From: Octopus vulgaris | Taxonomy: Eukaryota | NCBI GenBank assembly: GCA_951406725.2 | Contig: OX597815.1 | Span: 168,640,001-168,704,000 of the forward strand | Reading direction: 5' to 3' | Length of the DNA stretch: 64,000 bases | In this document: positions 40,436-51,683 of the stretch, one piece after another | Layout of the letters: each line of letters starts with the position of its first letter | Numbering within the stretch: the first letter of the stretch is position 1 | Program-made: the position numbers and the translations under genes | Notes under the pieces: generated by a model | Database searches by the model: none | The model's input: only the letters and a program-made list of their open reading frames with translations | What the model was told of the DNA's origin: nothing

Positions 40436-40733
40436 TATAATTGAGAGAAAAACCTCTATTAAGTAATTCAATAGTGAAAGACGTTATTCACACCATATGG
40501 AAAAAATAAATATACTATAAAAACTTTATTGTAAAAATCAATAAAATACATAAACGATAAATAGTATATAAACAATAAATAGTAAATAGTAGTACTACCA
40601 TTTACTATTTATTGTTTATGTACTTTATTGATTTTTAGAATAAGGTTTTTATAGTATATTTATTTTTTCTATATGGTGTGAATAACGTCTTTCACTAGTG
40701 AATTGCTTAATAGAGGTTTTTCTCTCAATTATA
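40436..40733. repeat. ~300-bp imperfect palindrome beside (TA)n
   Basis: tataattgagagaaaaacctctattaag... pairs with ...cttaatagaggtttttctctcaattata; centre gtagtactac near 40594. Confidence 0.9.
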
Positions 40734-40736
40734 CAG

Positions 40737-40777
<41 letters not shown>

Positions 40778-40881
40778 ATATATATATAACATAGTAAGGA
40801 ATAACAAGTATTACAGATTATCAGGAAGTTTACTATTTTAGACTTTTCTAATGAAATGTAAAAAGTATATTTTATAATATT

Positions 40882-41023
40882 ATTATTACAAATTTGGGAT
40901 ATTTACCAATAGATAAGTAACTCCTATTTCAACATAACCTCATGGTATGGTATATCATACCATGAGGTTATCCTGAAATAGGAGTTGCTTATCTATTGGT
41001 AAATATCCCAAATTTGTAATAAT
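40882..41023. repeat. ~140-bp palindrome
   Basis: attattacaaatttgggatatttaccaatagataag... pairs with ...cttatctattggtaaatatcccaaatttgtaataat. Confidence 0.9.
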
Positions 41024-44000
41024 TATATACACAATATAAAGACATATATACACTATATATATGTTGCATTCTCTTCATGCTCACTTTCCCCCCTCTTTTC
41101 ACTTCACTGTATCCCTGTCATTTTTTCTTGCCCCTCCTTATTTCTCCTGTCCCTCTGCCTCTACCTCTCTCTCTCTTCTCTCCCCACATGACTGGCATTC
41201 AGCCAAGCCTGACCTTTCTTTCTTGATTAGGCCATTGTCCAGGCAACCTCTATATTCTTCCCTGTGCCTGTGAAATCTTGTATCCCTGCCGTAAGGCTTT
41301 ACTTCCACAAACGCCAGTTTAATTTAATTCATCCTCAGTCGAAAGACACCGGTTGTTATGTCCTGTTATTTGTATTGGTGTAACTTTCTCTGTTTTTCCC
41401 GTCTTTGTTTCTCTATACATTCGCTACTTTCTTCCAAGGAATCTAATGCTCTTAGCTTGGTTTTTCCTTGGGGCTGGCCAGATTGGAGCAATCTCGAGTA
41501 TAACCAGGTGAAATTGCAAAAATAATCTGGAACTTGACTGAGGAAGGGAAACTCCGAATGACCCATCCTTGTTTTCTTTATATCGTCTACAATATACAAT
41601 ATATATATGCATACATATACATACAATAACATACAATATGTATATATACAATATATTCATATATAAATATATATATATATATATACATACATACATACAA
41701 AATTTAGGTTAGTTAAAAAATGTCTGTGACATATTTCAACTGTTAAAAGGCAAATTCACTGTGGTTACCATGGAGAAAATATTACTCTTATGGCAAAAAG
41801 ACAGTGCTTATCACTTTTGGGGCTCTTTAAAACTTGTGAGATAGCTGTGTTAATGTTCAGCTTAAACATCTGCTGAGTGAGGAGAGATTTGCAGACGACT
41901 GTAAAGGAAGGATTCGTTGAAGAGCCTTAGGAGGTGAAGATACAATAAGAGTTAAGTGAGGAGGAGCAAAATGGGTGGGCCTGAATGGATAGGATGTGTA
42001 AGTATCTAGTTCAGAGACCATTGGTGGTTGTTTAAGAAGAAAATTGCAAACTTAATTCCTCAACCAAGTGCAGTTGCTAAGTACATTTAGTGTGAGAATT
42101 GTAATGGAATGCTGGCAACATCTTTCAGAAGCTTTCATTTAACTGCTATTTAAAATTATGATGAATAACTGAAGACATAATCGCAGTTCATCAAGAGTGA
42201 GCTTTTGTACTGAATATTTATCAAAATAATGTTCTTCAATGATGTCATTATGTACTGAACCTGGGTTTAACTTTACTATTTAATTGCAGTTGTTTTATGT
42301 TGAGATTTCCAGTAGATGCTGGCTTAAATTATAAGGTGAATGTTAGTTCAAGTACAAAAGTAGATAGATTTCTTATTTTTATGTCAATAAAATGAAATAT
42401 TTTCCAAGCCAAACAAAGGATCCTCTATGTAGTTGTGTGATATCGTGGATATGGCAGCCAAATCTCAAATTACATCCTTCTGTCTTAAAAATGAACACAC
42501 TAAACAATGTGATATTATATACACAGTAACCGATTATGGTTGGTATGCCTTTTGATTAGAGTTGACCCACAGTTAAATAATAATAATAATTCATTGTCCA
42601 AAATTTCACTGAAATTAAAACATATTACATAAATAAATGACAGTAGAAATTATTACATAAACAAATGGAAAAATGAGATTTTTTTTACATTTTTCTATTT
42701 TATTTTTCTAAAAATATTAATACCAAAAGCTGAACACTGGTGGCGAAAAGTACTAAAGTTAAATATAATTTTTGGTTTTCATTTTCATATTTTAGATATA
42801 AATAAATACATGATTTCAATAATGATTTAGTTATTAGTCACATTGGTGATATAAATTTAAGATATGATTATGAGTCATAAAATATGGAGATCTTTTTGCA
42901 GACATTCTTCTTGAAAGAACAATTTACTATGCTACTCAGCTTACAACAGAGAAATGAAAAGGAAGTTTTCATTTGTATTAACTATTATGTACGATGAAAG
43001 ACAAGACTGATTTCACTAGGGCACACCAAGCTTCTTCATACACTGCTTAGTTCATTTATCTTGTAAACTGAAACAGAGTTACTGAATCAATGAAACTTCC
43101 AGGTCATATACCTTAAGACCTAAACATTTATGTTACATAATGCATTTCAGCTTTGACTTATTCTGTTTCTTTATTTTCATTGAACATTGTTTACATTTCA
43201 ATTAATTTTGAAAATAAAGAAAGAAGTCAGTAAAATAACTGTCATTGTTAGTCTGAAGTCTGGAACATGAATTAACATGAAACTTTGATGCAAGGTTTAA
43301 ATTTAGATGATTTTAAAGCAAAGTTTTTATCAAAGAACCAAAGGCTGTCTCAGATGGTTTAGTATCAAAAGGTTTAAAAATAAAATAAATGGTTGGAGCC
43401 CCATTCTGATGAAAATGTGAAATATACTTGGTTTATATTACGAAGCTGGTAAAATAAAAAAATACACCTCTTTATATTATATAAAACAGTAAGCACGACA
43501 ACTATTTCAAATTTATCTTTAGGGAATGTTGTTAAGAAATATAACCCTCAGAATACAAGGCAACAGTCCAATTTTGGGTTGCGACACAATCCATAATTTA
43601 TTAATAGGAGTAAAAGACACTTAGTTTCTTAATTTTTCTTTTATTCAAGTGTTGATTATAACAGGTCTATATTTTAATGTCAAGCGACCAACTTCAAAAT
43701 AAAAACCTTAATTATAATCAATTTTGAGAACCTGAAAGTATTGGAAACCATTATTCTAAATGGGAAAGAAAATCATCTAGTATGACTCAAACCTTGCTTC
43801 TTGTGAAATAGTAATAAAAAGGCACACAATCAGTAAAGTAAAATACAAATTATTGTAAAAAAATTATGATCAGTCAAAATATATTGGTTCTAATTTCCTG
43901 TCAATCTGCTTAAGCACACAATGTTAATTTCCAGCAGAGGACCAAGCCAAAATGTGTTTTGCTCCAATTATATATTTTTATAAGTATCTAAAATGTAATT

Positions 44001-44040
44001 TTATAGTAACTGAGAACTTTTTGAAAAGTAACAGTACTTT

Positions 44041-44551
44041 TTAAAGAGATTTAGCTGTTTCATGCATATCCCGAGTGGTAAAATTGATGCCATCACCAGG
44101 TAAGGGAGAATTAATCAAAGGACATATCCAGGATATGTGGTAATTTTTACCTAAGGCATCTAAGAAATTCCTTTTCCATCCAAGATTATAATCATGTTTC
44201 TTTGAACGACGTTCATAAGTAGTCTGTCCATTATAAATATTTCTGACATGATAAAGCAAACAGCTAATCACAGCAATAAAAACTAGTGATGAAAGACCTG
44301 TGAGAAAACAAGCTAGCAAGTGAGGAGAGTATAAAACTCCAAAGAGCCATGCTAAAATTGGTACAATTATACTGAACAGGTAAGAGAAAGAAAGCCTACC
44401 AAACTCAGTCAGTGTGTAGCGGACAAACATCAGGGTTGAATAAAAAGAAGCGATGGTTACATAGAACAATAGTAAAATGAAATAACGGAAATTGTTATGG
44501 CCAATGCATGTTCCAATAAATAGACAATGATGGTCTCGTTTAAGGATGCAT
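44041..44551 (-). CDS. ZDHHC24: DHHC palmitoyltransferase (ZDHHC24-like), coding exon 2
   Basis: Acceptor tttcttttcatag|A gives RCILKRDHHCLFIGTCIGHNNFRYF (DHHC), then TM helices, the GQTTYE (TTxE) motif, YNLGW..N and SPLPGDG; total 852 nt = 283 aa. Subfamily call is from remembered motifs. Confidence 0.92.
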
Positions 44552-44669
44552 CTATGAAAAGAAAAAGAAAATAAGCATATGGTTAATGTTTTCTTGCAAA
44601 AGGCAATAAATAAATAACAATTACTGGCAAGGAATTGACTAAAACTTCTTTTTCATCATCATCACTTAA

Positions 44670-45001
44670 CCCTCTAGCATTCAGATTATTCTGTTATATA
44701 TAATGCTTTTTCATTCATGTTGTAGAGCCTTGCTTCGGTTGAGAGCAAATAATATAAATTTGTCCTATTGTAAATAGGACAACATTTATATTATTTACAA
44801 TAGGACAAATTTATATTATTTGCTTTCATTCACGTTGTATTTAATTAATCATGCATTATCCCATAACCTTGTAATTTTGATGTGATTGTATATTTTTAGA
44901 ATAGCATTGAAGGTTATGTGTGATAGGCTGGATCTAGCTGGTTAGAACATAAAACTGATAGCATATTTAGGCTGGATATGTCTGGTTTAAATGCTGAAGA
45001 G
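44670..45001. mobile_element. piggyBac-type MITE, family B, with nested hairpin insertion
   Basis: TTAA|ccctctagcattcagatta...gtttaaatgctgaagag; about 115 bp longer than sibling copies. Confidence 0.8.
44745..44823. repeat. Perfect 32-bp inverted repeat inserted in a TTAA MITE
   Basis: Arms 44745-44776 and 44792-44823, 15-nt loop; flanking 16-bp duplication tttcattcaYgttgta. Confidence 0.85.
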
Positions 45002-45002
45002 T

Positions 45003-45225
45003 CAATGTCCATATTCTATGCTTGCATGGGCCAGATGGAATTTGCTGAGGCAGATATTCTATAACTGGATGCCCTTCCTGTTACTAACCCTCACCTGTTT
45101 CCAAGCAAAGTAATATTTCCCTATGGCCAGACATTTTCTTCATGGAAGACTGGAAACAAACATCACTTGTATGATGATGATGTTTGTCTACAACCATCAC
45201 ATAGTGATAAGACAAGGGTATACAC
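45003..45225 (-). mobile_element. Older non-autonomous retroelement sharing the RTE-type tail (related decayed copies near 9220-9460, 14570-14800, 27075-27360, 36220-36420)
   Basis: ctggatgcccttcctgttactaaccctcacctgtttccaagcaaagtaatatttcc core recurs at these loci. Confidence 0.6.
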
Positions 45226-45236
45226 ACACCATATAT

Positions 45237-45389
45237 ATATTGAGAAAAAGGAGGGAGTCAGAATTTTGGATAATTCTTTATTAGCGCTTTCAACTATTTA
45301 ATTGAATTCTTCAAGACAAAAATTAAAGCACAAAATTTTGAGAATAAAGAATTATCCAGAATTCTGACTGCCTCCTTTTTCTCAATATA
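45237..45389. repeat. Inverted repeat with ~45-bp arms beside (TA)n
   Basis: tatattgagaaaaaggagggagtcagaattttggataattctttatt pairs with aataaagaattatccagaattctgactgcctcctttttctcaatata. Confidence 0.88.
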
Positions 45390-45658
45390 CAATATCTGTA
45401 CACCACTCCAAACACTCTCTTTATATATATATATATATATATATGTCTGAAATGGTCGTGGCTTCTGGTACTTGACTGTCTGACACACACACATATATAT
45501 ATGTGTCTGAAATGATGACTTCTGGTACTTGACTGATGAAAGAAAGCCAAGAATGGCCCGTCTTTTTTTGCCTGTCCTTCTAATTGTTGTTTCTCTTGTG
45601 TGCCTTTGTGTTTTCTATCTGTCTGAAAGTTTTAATGCCCTCTATTCCATTTTTGTTC

Positions 45659-45708
<50 letters not shown>

Positions 45709-45896
45709 GTAGGTGAATGAATTATCCTAGTATGGATAATTCGGTTAATCGATACCTGGGTAGCAAATTCACGTCAGAAAACATGGTTGAAGCTACATGC
45801 CAAGGGCAAAACCCCGTGTTCCTGTGTGGAAATTTGTGTGTTTTTTTTATATGAATAAATGGAAAGAATGGAGTCCAACGAAGATTTTAACAAAAT

Positions 45897-45993
45897 TCCT
45901 TTACTTTCAACACATGTTTCGAAGACTGCATATTCTTAATTCCGAAGGAATAAAGTGTGCATTATGCCATCTTCTCTTCAGGAAAGACAAGGA
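45897..45993 (-). ncRNA. Inverted second copy of the same hammerhead (GUU triplet)
   Basis: Reverse complement of 46118-46214 with GUU in place of GUC at the cleavage triplet. Confidence 0.72.
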
Positions 45994-46117
45994 GCCTCTA
46001 TCAGTCTTTGATGACTGCCTACATTGTGTCCGCAGTGATAAAAACAGTCATTATCACTGCGGACACAATGTAGGCAGTCATCAAAAAGTATTTGTTCGTC
46101 GTGAGACTGATAGAGGC

Positions 46118-46214
46118 TCCTTGTCTTTCCTGAAGAGAAGAAGGCATAATGCACACTTTATTCCTTCGGAATTAAGAATATGCAATCTTCGAAACATGTG
46201 TCGAAAGTAAAGGA
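46118..46214 (+). ncRNA. Type I minimal hammerhead ribozyme (GUC)
   Basis: UCCUU-GU-CUUUC-CUGAAGA-GAAGA...UCUUC-GAAA-CAUGUG-UC^-GAAAG-UA-AAGGA; all three stems pair; predicted cleavage after 46202. Confidence 0.82.
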
Positions 46215-46252
46215 ATTTTGTTAAAATCTTCGTTCGACTCCATTCTTTCCAT

Positions 46253-46289
<37 letters not shown>

Positions 46290-46800
46290 TTAAAAGCTGC
46301 AGAAATATAACAAAAGCTGTTACTCAGAGTTTCACGTTTTAAATGAAGCATATTATTCTACCTCTGGTATTTGAGTACTCTTTTTTCCACCTTACTCCGG
46401 TATATATATATAAATTGATTGATTGAATGAATGTGGTTATGAAGCTTTCACTTTTTATATGGAAGACAGAAGGGGTTATAATTTTTGTATGACTTAATGG
46501 ATTGGTTGCTGTTTAGTTACATACTTAGGAGTTGGTTGTAATTTACTTATTGAATTTCTTTACCAATATGGTTGTACATAAGGTAAATGTATTTGAAAGT
46601 TGTGGTTTCTTTGGTTTGTTTGTTTCCAAACAACACTTATTTTTGTACTGTCTACATCAGTGGATTCGATGGTACTGCCCAGGTGTCGAAACCATAATGA
46701 TATCTGTGAGGCAGCTGATGATGGAGGTATGTTGGATTGTTGGTATGGCTGTTTTTGTATATGTGGAATAGTATTATAATACATCCTTTTGATATATATA

Positions 46801-47745
46801 TCATCATCATCATCGTTTAACGTCCGTTCTCCATGCTAGCATGGGTTGGACGGTTCGACCGGGGATCTGGGAAGCCAGAAGGCTGCACCAGGTTCCGGTC
46901 TTATCTGGCAATGTTTCTACAGCTGGATGCCCTTCCTAACGCCAACCACTCTGTGAGTGTAGTGGGTGCTTTTTACGTGCCACATGCACTGCTGCCAGGC
47001 GAGGCTGGCATCGGCCACAGTCGGATTGGTGCATTTTACGTGCCACCTGCATGGAAGCCAGTCGAGGCGGCACTGGCTTCGGCCACGATTCGGATGGTGC
47101 CTTTTACGTGCCACTGACACGGAAGCCAGTCGAGGCGGCGCTGGCATCAGCCACGATTCGGATAGTGCTTTTTACGTATCTCCAGTCCAGGGGTCCTGGC
47201 ATCTGCCGGGTGCCAGTCATAGGATTGGTTCAATTTCGATTCCGATTTCACTTGCCCCAACAGGTCTTCGCAAGCATAGGTGCCTGTCGTCAGATGAGGT
47301 TCGATATCGACTTCGCTTGCCTCAACAGGTCTTTGTGTGTCCAAGGGAGGAAAGGCATGCATAAGTGGGCTGGTCTCACTTGTCCTGCCTGGTCTTTTCA
47401 CGCACAGCATATTTCCAAAGGTCTCGGTCGCTGGTCATTTCCTCAGTGAGACCTAAAGTTCGAAGGTCCTGCTTCACCACCTCGTCCCGAGTTTTCCTGG
47501 ATCTACCTCTTCCACGGGTTCCCTCCACTGTTAGGGATTGGCACTTTTTCACACACCTATCTTCATCCATTCTCACCACATGACCATACCAGCGCAATTG
47601 TCTCTCTTGCACACCACAACTGATGCTCCTTAGGTCCAACATTTCTCTCAGGGTACTAACGCTCTGTCGAGCATGCACACTGACATTACACATCCATCGG
47701 AGCATACTGGCTTCATTTCTCGCGAGCTTACGCATGTCCTCAGCA
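46801..47745 (-). mobile_element. 5'-truncated RTE-type LINE in ZDHHC intron
   Basis: ORF 47376..47735 (MLRWMCNVS...LRWYGHVVRMDE...GTRGRGRSRKT), 3'UTR tandem units, (GAT)n tail. Confidence 0.9.
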
Positions 47746-48004
47746 GTATATATATATATATATATATAAGTTAAACTGGTTGCACAAAAGAATCAATAAA
47801 ATGGGGGGGCGGTTCTATCCAGAATGATGGTCCCAAGAATTTTAGCTTCTGAAAATTTAAGGATACAAATAATGGAGTATGTCCACTGTTTTTACCTTTA
47901 CTTCTTCCTTCACTTAAGAGTGTGCTTTCTTCAATTTTGTATTTTAATGTGGAATATTTATGTAATTAAGTATATAGTAATAATTGTGTAAAATTCTCTA
48001 AACT

Positions 48005-48495
48005 GGAAAGCAAAGTCAACCTTGGTAAAATTTGAACTCAGAATACAAAGACTGATGAAATGACGGTAAGCATTTCGCCCGGTGCGCTTAACGATTCTGC
48101 CAGCTCACCATAATAATCCTTTTCTATTATAGACACAAGGTCTGAAATTTGAAGGTATGGGGTTTAGTCGATTACATCGACCCTAGTATTTCACTGATAC
48201 TCAATTTATCGACCCCGAAAGGATGAAAGACAAAGTCGACCTCGGCGGAATTTGAACTCAGCACGTAGCGAAATACCTATTTCTTTACTACCCACAAGGG
48301 GCTAAACACAGAGAGGACAAACAAGGACAGACAAACGGATTAAGTCGATTATATAACTGGTACTTATTTAATCGACCCAGAAAGGATGAAAGGCAAAGTC
48401 AACCTCGGCGGAATTTGAACTCAGAACGTAGCGGCAGACGAAATACTGCTAAGCATTTCGCCCGGCGTGCTAACGTTTGTGCCAGCTCGCCGCCT
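48005..48495 (-). mobile_element. Cluster of three nested/partial copies of the same SINE
   Basis: Repeated aaagtcRacctcggcggaatttgaactcag; 5' end ...gccagctcgccgcct at 48495. Confidence 0.85.
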
Positions 48496-48945
48496 TGATA
48501 CAGTTTCTAAATAATGCTTTGTAATAGGAGAATGGTAAACGTTCAAATGGTACATACAAAGCTATTTTTCTAAGAACCAAAATAGGTTGCCGGCGTAGTA
48601 GAGCCAAAATATAAAACGTTTCATTGTACGCATCTACGTTGCATTTCAATACTGATCTTTTATCTAAAATGCAAGCTTTCATCTGCAGACACACCTCTCC
48701 CACAAAGGATCGAAAGCTCACCAAAATATCTTCTCACAGGAAATGAATGCACTTTAGCTATGGACACACGTTTGCCATCTCGAGAAAAGAACTACCCTGC
48801 TTTTTTTAGTAGTCATTTAAGTGCTAATCTACTTCATTGTTAGCGAGTTTATAGAAGGGAGCAAGCGATGGATTTCGAAATCATACCTATATATATATAT
48901 GCCCCAGCATGGCCACAACTCGTGAGCTGAAACTAGAATCAATCA

Positions 48946-48994
<49 letters not shown>

Positions 48995-49417
48995 CATAAA
49001 ATAACATTATGTCACGAATACACATACTGGTAGATTCTTTGAAACACACGCATAAACTTCTATTTTTCTTTTCTTTCACAAAGGTTAGCAGTTGAAAATA
49101 TGTTGTGAACTTACATACCGACTAAATTCATGCATGCAAGTTCATTGGTATAAATACTAATGTAAAATTATTTGTATTGAATGTAAAATATATCAATGTA
49201 ACTTATTTTACATGAACTATTGATTCAAAAGCTTTAAACAAATCACATTACAGAAGAACTGAGGTTTAACTTGTTTTTGTCCATTAGTAGTAATACGATC
49301 GTGAATAAGGTGCGTTGAACTCTAAATCAATTAATACTTTATCGTCTTAAAAGTTAAGTTGAGTACCAACATATTTACAACACTTCCTACAGGTAACAAA
49401 GTCATTTTAACGCTTAC

Positions 49418-49758
49418 CTGTCACAAATGTCACAGTGAAAAGACCTCGGAGGTGCGTTGCAGACGCAAACTGAACAGTAAAACCATTTAGGTTTCAGAAC
49501 ACTCGGAAGGATCACAGAACCACTGGTTGTATCTGTAGAACTTATCTTCCAAATGCAAACCATAACATTAAAATAACAAATTACACTAAAGGTAAAATGA
49601 AGTAGGTAAACGGGATCATGCCAGGGTAGATGTTTGAATCGGGAAGGTAAAATTTCCGTATGATAAAACCATTTAGCAATATGAATGCCTATCAAAATTG
49701 TAGAAAAAGCAACCTTGTCCAATCTCGATTTTGGTATAATTTTCCATTTAATATTCAT
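49418..49758 (-). CDS. ZDHHC24: DHHC palmitoyltransferase (ZDHHC24-like), coding exon 1
   Basis: MNIKWKIIPK...two TM helices...WFYCSVCVCNAPPRSFHCDICD; donor AG|gtaagc at 49418 (phase 2). The start ATG is inferred. Confidence 0.85.
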
Positions 49759-50529
49759 CCTTAAAATATATTTGTTTTGTTTCCAGTCGCTATTTCGAAA
49801 TATATACAATATAAACACATAAAAGTTTTAGATATTAACAGCGACGATGAACAGGAAAAAGGGCGGTGTTTGTATTCTTATGAGTTACGTCCCTTGCAAC
49901 ATCAATCTTTGCAAGAGTGGTCTCCACTTGATCTGCAACTCTCTTTAATTTGGTTAGATTTATATATTTAGTTTTTGTATTATTATCTGAAAGACTCTTG
50001 ATGCGAAATCGCATCAATTGACACAGATGTTAAAATTTAGAAGAGTCATTGTATCACAAAGACACACACAATGGTTATATTTCTCTTCTATTATTATTAA
50101 CCAGTTAGTTAATCGATTACTTTGATCAGATTTTTATAGTTACCAGATTTTACCAGTGCCATTTCTGTACACAAGCACATTGAGCAGTTACCTAAGAGTC
50201 TTACATGTCTAGGGGGCCCATACTAATCTATTAATCTTGTTGTCGTGCATGTAGGAGTTTTCGTCCATTGCTTTGCCTGGGGTCCTATAAGTATGTTAAA
50301 ACGGCCCGGACTCTCACCAGTACAAGAATTCCACGGCAGTGGCGGCTCGTGTATAGGAGCTACATTACTACAGCACCCCCTATTTCCACTCGATATTATT
50401 GATAACATTCAATATAATGATCTTTTTTTTCTTTAATTCTTTCTTTATACTTGTACATTATATAATTCTTAGCCTTAATGTCAATAGCCATACCCTAGTT
50501 TATGAAAAAAAAAAAATTTAATCCTTGTA

Positions 50530-50700
50530 TAGCACTGTGCGCTTTATCCGTTCAAGCGACGCGGTGTTTGGCAGTTGTGCGCATGCTCACATGTCCGAGA
50601 TAGGAAACTTCACGCTAGAGAGAGAGAGAGCACTGTCGTTCACGCAGTGCCGGTGAAAGGTAGTGTTTCTTTTTGACTCCGCGTGTGTTGAGCTTAAAAA
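50530..50700. promoter_or_regulatory. CpG-enriched putative promoter with NRF1-like site
   Basis: Local CpG enrichment in a CpG-poor region; TGCGCATGCTCA at 50578-50589; about 0.8 kb upstream of the ZDHHC ATG. Confidence 0.45.
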
Positions 50701-51452
50701 CGTGTTTATATTCTTGAATGTGATAAAGTGTAGAATTAGATTATTATCCTGCTTCCAGGATTTGAAAAATAGGGCAGATTTCCTCCCGTCCCCTTATTTT
50801 GTAATTTATGGAGGAATTTTTGAGAAAAAAAGGGGGATTTCGCGTCGGGTCCTCTGACACTAGTGGAATGTTGTTGTTGTTATTACTGCTGCTGCTGTTT
50901 TGCCCTAAATCGCTCTTGATCATGCAGGCTAAACTCAAATACCTTTTAAAAATAGCGAGCTCTTCAGACTACATTATCCAGTGCGTTTATCAATTCAAAG
51001 AGACGAAAGGGTGTAGTTTAAAGAAGCGATTGCTCCCTTTAGTATGTCGAGTAGACTGCATACAAGCTTCCTTGAAGATATTGATGTGGATCATGTTCAG
51101 CGTGAATAATTAGAGATTGATGCCTGCAAAAATATGGGCGAGGAGGGAATTCCAGTTCTAAGAAAGAAAGGCTGCAAATAGCCAGTTCTGTTGTAATAGT
51201 GGAAATCTAATCTTTTGTGAATTCTCCCAATCTCTCTCTCTCTCTCTCCCCCTCTCTCTCTCTATATATATATATTAAAGGAAAAGAATGTATCAAATGC
51301 TGACTCGGAAGCGCCTGCTACGGATCCCAAGCTCCAGCTTCAGCTGTGACCTTCTAACCTATCGGATGATCAATTATAGCAGTTACACAGCGAATCTATT
51401 GGTTTAGATTACCAGCGAACTAAACCCTTCATATTCTATATATATATGTATA

Positions 51453-51683
51453 AGGCGGCGAGCTGGCAGAATCGTTAGCACGCCGGGCGAAATGCTTAGC
51501 GGTATTTCGCCAGCCGTTACGTTCTGAGTTCAAATTCCACAGAGGTCGACTTTGCCTTTCATCCTTTCGGGGTCGATAAATTAAGTACCAGTTATGCATT
51601 GGGGTCGATATAATCGGTTTAATCCGTTTGTCTGTCCTTGTTTGTCCTGTCTATGTTTAGCCCCTTGTGGGTAGTAAAGAAAT
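51453..51683 (+). mobile_element. tRNA-derived SINE with Nin/Deu-like core
   Basis: A-box-like tggcagaatcg, B-box gagttcaaattcc, core gcctttcatcctttcggggtcgataaattaagtacc. Confidence 0.85.

Larger units (their letters stand above)
45849..46262. mobile_element. Foldback of two inverted hammerhead-bearing units (Penelope-like inverted pseudo-LTR)
   Basis: ~190-bp near-identical inverted arms, 9-nt loop 46042-46050, one ~20-nt bulge; (TA)n on the right flank. Confidence 0.8.

Noticed and set aside
41285-41365. Hammerhead-like ctgccgtaaggct...agtcgaaagacaccgg
   Set aside because: The core deviates from CUGANGA and stems I and III do not pair; at best a decayed relic.
45797-46210. 137-aa ORF across the foldback
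   Set aside because: No recognisable domain; the region is explained by inverted non-coding arms.
50808-51113. 101-aa ORF with poly-Leu resembling a signal peptide
   Set aside because: The Leu run comes from (TTG)/(CTG) microsatellites, and no domain or clear splice continuation was found.
51453-51540. tRNA gene
   Set aside because: A/B boxes are present but there is no cloverleaf, and the sequence continues into a multi-copy SINE body.
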